Shown here one piece after another: positions 1 through 11,418 of a stretch of 64,000 nucleotides of DNA (within the stretch, counting starts at the first letter, position 1; the number at the start of each line of letters is the position of its first letter). Source of the stretch: Eledone cirrhosa (taxonomy: Eukaryota). The stretch covers positions 114,576,001-114,640,000 of the forward strand of contig OZ024742.1 in the NCBI GenBank assembly GCA_964016885.1, written 5' to 3'. Position numbers and translations under genes: made by a program. A model generated the notes under the pieces. The model ran no database searches. It saw nothing but the letters and a program-made list of their open reading frames with translations, and had not been told where the DNA came from.

Positions 1-1034
1 TAAGGTAATTCCAATATGAAAGTTTGTAGTGATAAAAATTTGATAATGCAATACGATTGTTAATATTATAGTTCTATGAAAATGTAACAATAGATAACTA
101 AATTATTTTACTATTAGTATATTTAAGAAATTATCATTATAGATTTGATCGTTCATATAAGCATCATATTAAGTTTCAACACAATTATTTTGTTACTATG
201 AGTATATGATAATAATATTACGTAATTATTTATAGCTGTTATTACATTAAACATATATGTATTTATTTTTATATGTTACACTCTAAGAATTAACTAAGTG
301 AAATAGCGTAAAAATAAAGGCTTCGTTGGTTTAAGCTATTTTTATAAAGGATGCCACAGAATGTACGATATATAATGATTACAATATTTTTTAGCAACAA
401 CTCTAGTCCCACACTTTTGAAGGTTTATTATAACATTCTGTGGCACTTTTGAGCTTGCGCATTTTTCATGTCTAGTTTAATATTTTTTTAAGGCAACGCT
501 TGTAATAACTCTAGTTAAACAGGATATATTTTAATAATAAATTATCGTTGTAATGTAATTAGATTATGTAATTGTTATTATAAATTATCTTATAAATATT
601 AGTGTAAGATGTATACAAATATTTTCAGACTTTTAATATAAACAACTACAAAAAACAATCAATATTAAATCAATATATTATACATAATAGAAAACATAAA
701 ATATACAATACAAAAACAAAATATTTACATACAATTGCAATTATCAGTGTATATACATTTTCTTTATATTCCCTGAGCAAATTAATAAGATTTGTTTTTA
801 TTGTACATAATTTGATGACTTGTTGGAGTGTATTAAAAGATAGCAACAATTTGTGATTAAATTGTTATCTTAAGCAACTCACTTTTTAATAGTTGTTGGC
901 TGAGCGAAATTGTAAAAGCCTATGAGCAAATATAAAAAAAAATACACAAACAACATTTCCTTGTGTTATTACAACATTAGATAAAATAATTGAGCAATGT
1001 CGTTATATTTTGCTCTTATTGCACATTAATAGTG

Positions 1035-1200
1035 TTTCTATTTTTCGGCACAAATCCATTACGGCAGTCCATTACTGGTACTTTATTTTATCGAATTAGT
1101 AAGTATGAAAGTCGAAGTTAACCTCGGCAGGATTTGAACTTAGAATGCAAAGGACCATAACAATACTGCAAAGCATGGTGTCTGACGCTCTACCAATACT
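1035..1200 (-). mobile_element. tRNA-head SINE (Octopus-type family), decayed
   Basis: Minus strand reads GTATTGGTAGAGCG (A-box-like) ... GTTCAAATCC (B-box) ... GATAAAATAAAGTACCAGTAATG; the same family recurs about 10 times in the window. Confidence 0.8.
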
Positions 1201-1593
1201 TGTGTTGAGCTGGTCATTAATTTATGGTGGTCGTGCGTGGAGTAGAGCAATCGCTAGTTGAAATATTATGAACAAAACATTTTTATTTGCCGAAGAACAT
1301 ATTTTCAATACTGTTTGTGAATGTGACGAAGGAAATACATTCTGATATGGAACAGTGTACAAAGTGTGTCTGTGAATAACATAATGTTACCTCATGTTGT
1401 TGTCAAGACATAATGGATTTCGTATATCCAGTTAGAAGATGAAACCTAGCCATCTCGGATTAGTTATATTTCATGCCATGTGTAAACGTATTTGAGGATA
1501 GCAAAATATGCGCGTTAATTATAATAATTAGTTAATAATATTACAAAATATACCTAATTAAACTCTTTGCTTGAAATTTTATCATTCTTCGTT

Positions 1594-1636
<43 letters not shown>

Positions 1637-2014
1637 GGAGAGAGAGAGAGTGAGAGATTTATCTAGTCCTTCGCTCAAGATTAATCTATAAGTTTAGATG
1701 TTTGCCTTCGTTTAAGTAAATATTACAGTAAGATGTTTAATATAAACAACTACAAAAAACAATTAATATTAAAACGAAAAAATTATCAATGATAAAAGAA
1801 GCGGATGCAACTTTTTTTTTTATAAAGTTATATTCCTGTTTCTTTAAAGAACATTTCATTTTTGTTCTATTGTAGGCGAAATAATGCAATGGTTTAATAG
1901 GGAAGATATAACTTACCAATTATGTCTCTAACCGTGTAACGCTTTTTAAGTAGATAACTACAATTGAAAATACTAAAGAAATGGAACCAACAATTCAATT
2001 TGAAAGTCGTCTAG

Positions 2015-2070
2015 TGACAGTGTATTACTGGTACTTTATTTTATCGACCCCGTAACGATGAAAGGCAAAA
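2015..2070 (-). mobile_element. SINE core fragment
   Basis: TACTGGTACTTTATTTTATCGACCCCGTAACGATGAAAGGCAAA matches the SINE core. Confidence 0.7.
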
Positions 2071-2428
2071 ATGCAAATGCATAAAATTTAAATTGCCTTA
2101 ATTCTATCGTCTGCTGTTTCATTAAAGGGAGATTATCGTCTGTATTTAATTCTATCGTCTACTGTTCCACTAAACAGATATACCTCCACTATCGTCTCTA
2201 TTTATACATTTTAACTTATAACTTATACACATTTGATTTGAAATATTTTATCTAGTCCCCCCTCTCAATATTATGATGATTTCTTTCGAATGAAACAGTT
2301 CTAGTCCTGTAGAAGCCATTTATATATATAATTGAACTGAGTTAAAAATTCACAATATTTATAATTAAATAAGCTCATATATATATGTGTGTATTTATCT
2401 GTTTATTGTATTATATATAATGTGTGTA

Positions 2429-2530
2429 TATACAGGATGTCCCCCAAAAATATATACACACTTCAACAGCATTCTAATAACTATTGCCTGTACAGGTAAT
2501 CAAAGTGTCAATCGAATGTTAGTTTCGTGT
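2429..2530. mobile_element. Possible Tc1/mariner-type terminal fragment
   Basis: TA-CAGGATGTCCCC resembles the TACAGGGTGTCCC type of TIR start; no partner TIR or transposase found. Confidence 0.3.
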
Positions 2531-3089
2531 TTTAACAGTACAAATTTACAATACACACATAAAACCAGTGTATATACATACATGAGTGTGTATACACATA
2601 CATGAATGTGTATATACAATATATATGTATATATATATAGACACATATATTCACGGTGCAACGGTACATTAAAATATAGATGCGGGAGAGGGGGGGTGTA
2701 TATATAGGGGCGCTGGGGATAAAGGAGTGTAAAGCGTGTGTAATTGATATATTGAAGGAGAGGAGCGTGCAGCGATAGAGTAACAAATATATAGAGAGGG
2801 GGAGAGATGGTATTGAAGGGGAGGAGTGCAAAGCGAAAGAGTAAGAGATATATATAGAGACGGAACATATAGAGAGAAACAGGCGTAAGTAACAGTGGAA
2901 GAGATATAGAGAGAGGTACTCTGATTGGTTGAAAATTAGCCAATGACATACGATCACCACCACCACGGCTATCCCCGAAACATTTTTAAAGAAGCCAGGC
3001 ATATATGTTAGAACACGAAAAGTGAACATTCTGTTGTTTCACAGTTTTCGTGTTCTAACAGATGTATATATGTATATATATTTATGTAC

Positions 3090-3183
<94 letters not shown>
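3090..3183. repeat. (TA)n microsatellite
   Basis: Pure TA run. Confidence 0.98.
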
Positions 3184-3187
<4 letters not shown>

Positions 3188-3890
3188 GGGGTAACAGATT
3201 ATTGTTATAGGTAGTCCATCGGAGCTTGTGAGAATGAAAGGAATATACAGGCATTAGCTTGCCTATTATATTGCTACTCTGTTAATGTTATCTTATACAT
3301 GTATGTTATTGATGATGTGAAAGCTAAACAACCCCACGATTCTAACTAACAGTCTCTTCATCTAATATAGACCACATAGATATTGAACCCACCTCACACC
3401 ACAAATATTACTATCCTCACTACAGTGATAAATATTTCATCTGTCAGATAATAAATGATTCTTACAATCACTAGACCTAGACTAAAGGAAATGGTTCATT
3501 GTTTAAAGCCACTAGTTTATCACTACACTATATATAATACACCCCATGGCAGCTTTTACATGTCAATTTTATACATCTGCCTCATGTCGGCTAGTTTTAC
3601 ACGCTAAAATCGTAGATATACTATATTTCTTACCAAGATTGATGTTGTGATTATTTCAAATAATTTATTCGTAGCAATGATAGTATTGTTGTTATTGTTC
3701 TGATTGAATGCCATTTCTACTATATATAGTAGCCATGCCTGTATATTCCTTTCATTCTCACAAGCTCCGATGAATTGACTGGTTACAACTATGTATTGGT
3801 GATCGAATGTCGTGAAAACAAGCGTGAAGGGATCTATAGACCTACCAGTTCAGAGAAACAAGTGTCAGCAAACCGTGTCACACTTCTTTC

Positions 3891-3978
<88 letters not shown>

Positions 3979-4174
3979 TTTGTGCGTGTGTGATGTTTCA
4001 TATATACAATGAAATTAGTAATCCTAGCAGATAAAACAAATAATGCAGGGACAAGCACGCAAAATATATGGTTTACTTTTTAACTAACAAACACGGGAAA
4101 AGACAACGATATCGATATGTCTTAATAATTCTAATGTACTGATTGCTTTCGTGAGATTTATACCGAATAGTAAT

Positions 4175-4350
4175 TGTTTCTAATTTTGGCACAAGTCCAA
4201 CAATTATCCACTGTATTACTGGTACTTTATTTTATCGGCCCCGTAAAGATGAAAGGCACATTTAACCGCGGCGGGATTTGAACTCAGAATGGAAAGAACC
4301 GTAACTCTATGCGTGAAAGCATGGCGTCCGACCCTCTACCAATACTGCCA
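4175..4350 (-). mobile_element. tRNA-head SINE
   Basis: Reverse complement has GGCAGTATTGGTAGAG, the GAGTTCAAATCCCGCCG B-box and the family core. Confidence 0.85.
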
Positions 4351-4589
4351 TAATAATATTCTATTCGTTTTCAACGAAACAGCCTCATTACGCTATGTGT
4401 TTTAGACGCCCATCATCTCCCCTTTGTTCTAGCGGTGCAAATAAATCGAATATTATTATTGTTTAATAAAAACTCACGCATATATTCTCGTATCCGCTAT
4501 GTTTGGGCGAAACTAATTTTATTTTTAATATACTGATTATCGTTAGCAATTATGATTAACCTTATTTTATTATCATCATATTTGTTTCG

Positions 4590-4790
4590 TGCAAGGGCGA
4601 TGGAACTCTATTCTTTATGACATAAAGTTACGGCCCTTTACAGTCTGAATTTAAATCCCGCCGAAGTTAGCTTTGACTGTTATCCTAACATGGCCGCTGA
4701 AGTAAATTAACTGTAACGCTAGGGGGCGATTTAATCGACTTGATCTCCTATGAAAGTTGATCTTTTTTTCTAAATAATTCATCATTATTT
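4590..4790 (+). mobile_element. Diverged SINE copy
   Basis: GTTACGGCCCTTTACAGTCTGAATTTAAATCCCGCCGAAGTTAGCTTTG resembles the other copies. Confidence 0.6.
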
Positions 4791-5071
4791 TTTCTTCATG
4801 TCTCAGCATAAAGTCTTAATTCACACAGTTATTCAATATTTTAACTTTTGTTAATCTTTTAATTAAACTAACCAGATTTGTTTTAAAGCTGGTTAGCTTA
4901 TCTCTTCCTATAGGCCCAATGGTCAAACATGTGTTTTTTTCTGAAACACATTCCTCAATATTTTGTTGAAATTAACATGGTTGACAAATTTCTTGCTGTC
5001 GTTACACATAATTGACAGTTCTCCATAGAATGGAAAAGCCAAATATAATAATAATTGTTATTATTATTATT

Positions 5072-6280
5072 GGTCGTTGAAGCGAATGGACGTACTATCG
5101 TGAGGTCAAGTAAATTTAATGTTTCTACTTTTGAAATAAGTTTGTTATTAATAATTTTGTTTCAAACGGGGAATAAGACTTTAGTCCCTTCACCCAAGAA
5201 ATATTTAAACTTTGTGTGTTTAAAAGAAAACTTTTATCAAAACAAACCACGGTGGAGCCACGCCTCCCAGCTTTGAGTTTGCAGTCTTGCGACAGCGAGT
5301 CAAGCATTCAGGCTAATAACAATTTTAAAATGTAACAACACTTCAGGCAACATCACCAATACTAGCACCAACTACAGTGAGAACACTAATATAAACAACA
5401 ATGACAACAGCAGCCACAACGACATTACCTATAACAGTCAAAAAGCAGTCGTGAGCAAGAACGACAACAGCACCAGCAACTACGACAACAAAAACAACAA
5501 TAACTGCAATAATGACAATAACACCAACAACAGAAAGAACGACAACAAATACAACAATATCAACAACAACAGCAACAACAACAATAACAACAATAGCAGC
5601 AGCATCAATATCAACGAAACAACAACAATAACATCCATACCAGCACCAACAACAAGCAGTAGCGGGAGCAATAATGGTACCGCTTAAAAGGAGGCCACTT
5701 CTTTCGCAGGTGTGGCCCAACATATAGAAACAGCGTTAGTCACACAGGAGGAGATGGCAGTCGCATGGGCCATGGTGACAAGAAATGACAATAGTGTCTC
5801 CCTGAAACCTCCACCCGATTTTTTAAAGGATCAGCAGCTACGGACGTTGACCTACCGCACCGTAAACAAAATGTCACATCGGGTAGAGACAGCAACGGAG
5901 GCTCACATCCAAAAGGCATTGGGGTGCATCTGGGCGCGCAAAATCACCATCACCCGAGGCAAAAAGTATGCCACAGTAGACGTATGTTTTCCACCACCCA
6001 AGAGTGAGGAGATAGTATTGGTGCCCTCCTACTGCAGGCAGACAATTGTGAGAGTCTCATGTCCCGCCCATACCTTGGCAAGCCGCGACAGCCGAGGACA
6101 GGACCACCATGCTGCAAGTATAGAGAATAGGAAAACAGAACTCGTGAGGTACAAGCCTTCAAATGCAAAGACATCTGAGAAGGACTGTATCGAGGCTATC
6201 CCAGAATCCATAGACGACGAAGAAGGAATACAACTCCCTATAAGCGTCCAAGGAAGGCACCCAATGTGCTATCTCTGTGG
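5072..6280 (+). mobile_element. Tx1-clade LINE copy A1: 5' UTR and ORF1, ending at the zinc knuckle
   Basis: Starts right after (TTA)n at 5058-5071. Thr-rich low-complexity region, then ORF1 homology (IVLVPSYC...CIEAIPESID...QLPISVQGRHPMCYLCG) shared with copies A2 and B. Confidence 0.75.
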
Positions 6281-9200
6281 AGGTTTAAGGGAGACTCTAT
6301 TGGCGCTTCTTGTCACCATGGCCCTTGCGACTGCCATCTCCTCCTCTGTGACTAACACTGTCTCAATATTTGGGGCGACACCAGCAAAAGAAGTGGTCCC
6401 TTTTTCATCAGCACCACTTTTGCTGCCGCTAAAGGTCTTACTGGTGGTGCGAAGTCTCACACTTTGGAATCCCAAAGAGTCAGGAGATAGTCTTGGTGCC
6501 CTCCTACCACGGGCATAAATTTGTGAGGGTCAAAGTGACGCAGGTCCAAACCGACGTGTCCATACCCTGGCTGGCTGCTTCTGTCCCTGCTGGAATCGAA
6601 GACAGGACGACCATGCTGCAAGTTGAGAAAATAGGAAGAGAGAACTAGTCAGGTATAGGCATGACAATGCTTATACAAACTGACCAGGAATGTATCGACG
6701 CCATCCCCGATATCATAGACATCCAGGAAGGACTCCAACTTCTTATACGCGTAGAAGAAAGACGGCCAAAACGTTATCTCTGTGGGTAGAAGGGTCAGCG
6801 CAGGGCCATTTTCCTGCAGAAAACAGCGAAGAAGAAGGCCCCTCTCCTTCCAATACCTGGTCCGCTGCTACCAAGAGCAGGGCAGGCAACAAACGCAGAA
6901 GCCCATTACACGGTTAGTAGGAGGGCAACGTCCGTGGTACCCGTACCAAGGCCACGGTCAACTAAAGCAGCAGCATCAGTGGCGGCAAAACCAATAGCTA
7001 CTTTTGAAGTAGCTACACCAGCAACAACATTGCCGAAAAGGGCTCCACTACCACCACCAACAGCCAATTAGCACATACCCCTCCCAGACGACACGGAATG
7101 CGACATGGAGTTTGAGGCGGGAGTGAATTGGCAAACGGTCTGACCAAAAAACAAGAAACAAAAAGAAACCTTAGATTCACCCTCCAAAAGCGAATGCACA
7201 CAAAGAGGGGTAAGGCAGCAAGGAAACTTGCAGCAACACCACCACCATCACCATCACCACTACAAGCACCACCGCCAACAACAATCACACCACCACCAGC
7301 ATCACAAAAACACCAACAACGCAAACGAAAGAAAACACACACACCAAGCAGCAACAAAATCACCCCTCCCCTAAAAAGTACACAGCCATAAACATGGCAA
7401 AAAAAGAACTCATTCAATATATAAAGCAGCACACAGACATCACAGCAAATAAACTACTACACCCCACCAACACCAAGAAATCTCCCGACAAACATAAGCA
7501 TCATTGAAATCTCAATAGAATAGTACAAACCTTTAAAACAAAAATTCCCCAACGCAGTTGGAGACTACAGAGGGCCGGTTACCAAGAGGATATACACTGA
7601 TATCATCTTGGAAACACCCATGACCAGCCAAAGGGTCGGTTCTACTGTCCCTTCACCACACAATCAAGTTAAGTGAGACTTACTCACTTGCCCCGTTTCT
7701 CATCCAACATGGCCGTACCCCTCAGAATAGGCATTATAAATGCACGTGGCCTGAAGTCATCTTGGAAGCAGGGTCACAAGCTCAACGACTTCAGGTCACT
7801 AAACATAGATGTGGTGGCAATCAGCGAGACCAGAATCTCCGAAGCACAAGCCTTCGCACCGATCTTCGGCGGCTACGATGTATACACATCTCCCAGCTGT
7901 CCAGGATCGGGGGGAGGGGTTGCCGTCCTTTTTCGGAGAGTTTTGGCGCTCGCCATACGGGACATCTTCCTACACCTAGAAGGTAAGTCGGTGATGCTGG
8001 ACGTGACCGGCAGCGAATACAATACTTTCAGGCTAGTAGCCGTCTACGCCCCGACAGGGGCAGGACGGCCAGATTTCCTCCGACGTCTAGAGACCTTTCT
8101 TGGAACGTCCCGCACTTTAGTGTCAGTGGGCGACTGGAACGGTATCTTGGATGCACGCTGTGATTGTGTGGGGCTAGTGGGTAGGGGAGGAGGGTGCAAG
8201 ATCCTCACCAACCTGCTCAGACGTGTTTTAACTGTTTGACAGGTATCGACTGGATCACCCGAATGTGCCAATGTGCACATGGACAAACCGCATCGGGTCA
8301 TCCAGATCGTATCTCGATAGGGCATTCTGCAGAGAACTAGATAAAGCTAGTATAAGTTGTCCACAATTTAAAATAGTCAACTACAGAGCCCACACATTTG
8401 TAATCTGTAAGATCGACATAGACAGACTTCATAGACAAGGGCCCAGGTACTGGAAGCTGAACGCTCTTTCCCGGCGCGCAAAGCCTACAGAGACAGGATT
8501 AGCGTATTTGTTAAGCGGGCGTTGACGGGAGCATTCGTCAACAACAGGTGATGGTTCGCCCTGAAAAGGGCAATTAAAGTAGAGTCGATATAGGTTTAGC
8601 AAAGGAGTAGTGATAGAGGGAAAGAGAGTAGAGGGAGAGCTAGTCTGAAAGCTAGAAGGGGCGTTTAGGACAGGCATCGCGTGCTTGGGGCGAGATTGGC
8701 ACTCGAACAATTCTTCAACGCAAAACACGAATGCTGCGTCGTCAGAGCTAGAGCGCCTGCTCGGAAACACGATGGGACAACAGTTGTCCAATGGGCCCGG
8801 GTGGAAGAGGCGCGACGTGGCAACAGAACCACAAAACGGTCTTTCTCTGACCAAAACGGGTGCGTGATGCTCGAACCTGAGCGGATGTGTGAAGCTTTTC
8901 AGCAGCACTATGCTGAACTATTCGGGAGTGGCGGCGGCCCGGATCGGGGCATGGACTTCAGTGTATACCTTGGCTCTCGACGACCGCAGCACAGTGTTGC
9001 AAAAAGCCAATAACAGCTGGTGAAATACGGGAAGCGATGGCTAACTGCACAAGGGGTAAATCGCCAGGTTCGGATGGTCTGCCCTACGAGCTTTATGCAT
9101 TTATGCCAGAATTGTTCGGTGACCTCTGGGCAGACGTCTACTGGAACTGGCAGCAGATCGGGAGCATTCCCAGTTTTGTGATCCGGGGAGCAGTTGCGCT

Positions 9201-11418
9201 GCTGAGAAAAGACCCGAACAAGGGGGATGTTATCGATAATTTCAGGTCCATAACCCTGCTAAACGCAGAGTTCAATATTTTGGCAAAGGTGTTAGCAACG
9301 ATTGGTGCTTGTCCTCAAGGGTCTGGTGTGAGAGGCGCAGACATGCGCCATTCTTGACAGATCCATACACGACAATCACCACCTCATGCGATACATCATA
9401 GATAGGGTGGTTAAGGAACCTGGCAAGGGTGGGGCCCTGATCAACTTGGATCAATCCAAAGCATTCAATAGGGTTGACCATCGGTACCTGGCGGCGGTCC
9501 TTGAGGCAGCCGGTTTCGGGCCCGTTTTCAGGGGTTGGATCGCAGCAATGTACAGCAACATCTGCTCAGTTTTGAGGGTGAACGGTCACCTGTAGCAGCC
9601 GTTCAGCATCATGCGCTCAGTCCGCCAGGGTTGTCCCCTCTCGTCCCTCTTGTACGTATTGGCTCTCGAACCGTTACTGCACAGACTGGGGGCGATGAGG
9701 GGCGTCCCACGCGAACTAGGATGCGGGAAATCCTAGTCGGCTTACGCTGACGAGGTCACCGTGGTGGTGTGGAGCACCAGGCACGTCCAGATGCTCGGCA
9801 CCGCTCTCAAGAAATACGAAGCGGTGACAGAAGCAAAGATAAACCAGGAAACGTAGGTGGGCTTGTAGCTCGGCACCTGGAGAGGTAAGTCGATGCCGTC
9901 CGACAGCATCATGGGGCGTTGGACGGACGGACCAGTTAAATTGCTCGCGGTCTTGTTCCGACCGGACCTCCAGATGGAGAAAAACTAGAACGATGTGACG
10001 AGCAGGGTGGGCTCCCTCACCCAGAAAGGCCGGGCGGAGGTGGCAAATGCGTACATCGCATCCGTCATCTGCTACAGCCTCACCGTCGTCATTGCTCCAG
10101 CCCAACTCTCACCAAAATGGAGCGCCTCCTCTTCCGCTTTTTGTGGAAGGGACGCGCTCCCATGGTCAGGCGATCCATCTGCTGTCAACACCCGTTGCGT
10201 GGAGGACTGTGCATGCCATGGCTGATGATGCGCAGACATGCGCTGAGGCTGCGACATCTCTGATGCTTCTTTGATGGTGAACAGGTGTGGTCGCCGTTCG
10301 CCAGGCACGTTTTTTCCACAGCTCGTCTCCTTGGCGGAGCTGCAGTCCTGGGTCAGAAAACGACCGAGGGATAGCGCTTGGAAACTGGAATGTCTCCAGG
10401 CGCTCACTGTCCTGTCCCAACTGGGCACCAGTATCGGTGGAACATCCACCTATAGAGTACTAGTGGAGGGGAAGAGCGACGACATTCTTGGATAGATCCT
10501 GGGCGTCGAAGAAGACAGCTGTTTGCTCTCTTCCGGAGAACTTTCAGCCCGGGCCTATGGATATCATCCAAAATCCCTGGCCTGGCAGTGCTACCGGGGA
10601 GCGTTGCCGGTTCGAGATAAGCTCTACAGGCACGGAAATGCCGTCAGCCGAGCTTGTCTGAGATGCGCGCAGAGCGACGAAACCGGCGTGCACGCACTCG
10701 TTCAGTGCCCGAGCATTGCTGACTTGTGGAGCTATGTCGAACAGTTGTTGTCGCGTGTGGGACTGATCCGGTTGTCGACTGAGTCCATTGTGCAGATGGT
10801 CTCGCCGTCTTCCTTTAAGAAGGAAGGGCAAGCGGTTTTCATCTGCTTGGTGGCCATGGCGAAAGAGATTGTGTGGTGGACAAGGTTAAAAGGGTTAAAG
10901 ACAGACACTTTCCTCTTAGGCGAATCCCTAATTAACTTTTTCAAGTTTCACTTGAAGAGGAACATCAGGGCGGAGAGGCAAGTGCTGCCTTCTAGCAAGT
11001 TTGTTGAAAGGTGGGGGAATGTAGCGATAATGGTCCGAGTGAACGGAACCAATCTCAATATACGTCTGTAGTTTGAGAGATGGAAAAATTGAGAGAGGAC
11101 ACTTGCCCTGGTGGTCAGTGTGGCCGTGGTCTTTTGTGTGGTTTTAGCAACGAGTAACCCTCGGATTTTTCCCCCTATTGGTGAATTTTTCTTTGTTTCA
11201 ATTTTCATTTTTACTGTTTATATATATATATGTATCTATGTCCTTTTTTTTCTTTTCTTATATAAATAATAAAAATATTTACACGCACAAAACCCTCATC
11301 GCACCGTCCTGTACCGTCCTATGACGTCTGTAATGTTTTTCTTGATGTCAGCCCTTGGGGCCAATAAAGAAATCATTATTATTGTTATCATCATTAATAT
11401 TATTATTATTATTATTTT
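6272..11418 (+). mobile_element. Tx1-clade LINE copy A2 with inverted 5' segment; decayed ORF1/ORF2, 3' UTR and (ATT)n tail
   Basis: 6272-6430 is an inverted paralog of 5660-5815. Forward ORF1 from about 6470, ORF2 7709-11071, AATAAA at 11363, then an ATT-rich tail. Confidence 0.85.
7709..11071 (+). pseudogene. LINE ORF2 pseudogene (APE endonuclease, reverse transcriptase, C-terminal Cys motif)
   Basis: APE motifs INARG, ISET, VYAP, GDWN, YLDR; RT motifs KSPGSDGL, FRSITLLN, LDQSKAFNRV, RQGCPLS, YADE; C-terminal CLRC..ETGVHALVQC. Many stops and frameshifts. Confidence 0.93.

Noticed and set aside
1300-1420. Cys-rich peptide (CTKCVCE..VTSCCC) resembling a small disulfide-rich domain exon
   Set aside because: Interrupted by stops, with no clear splice sites or partner exons.
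631-2200. Short direct repeats (631-667 versus 1736-1770; ATTCTATCGTCT repeats at 2100-2200) as a CRISPR-like array
   Set aside because: Irregular spacing, few units, eukaryotic context and no cas genes; ordinary local duplications.
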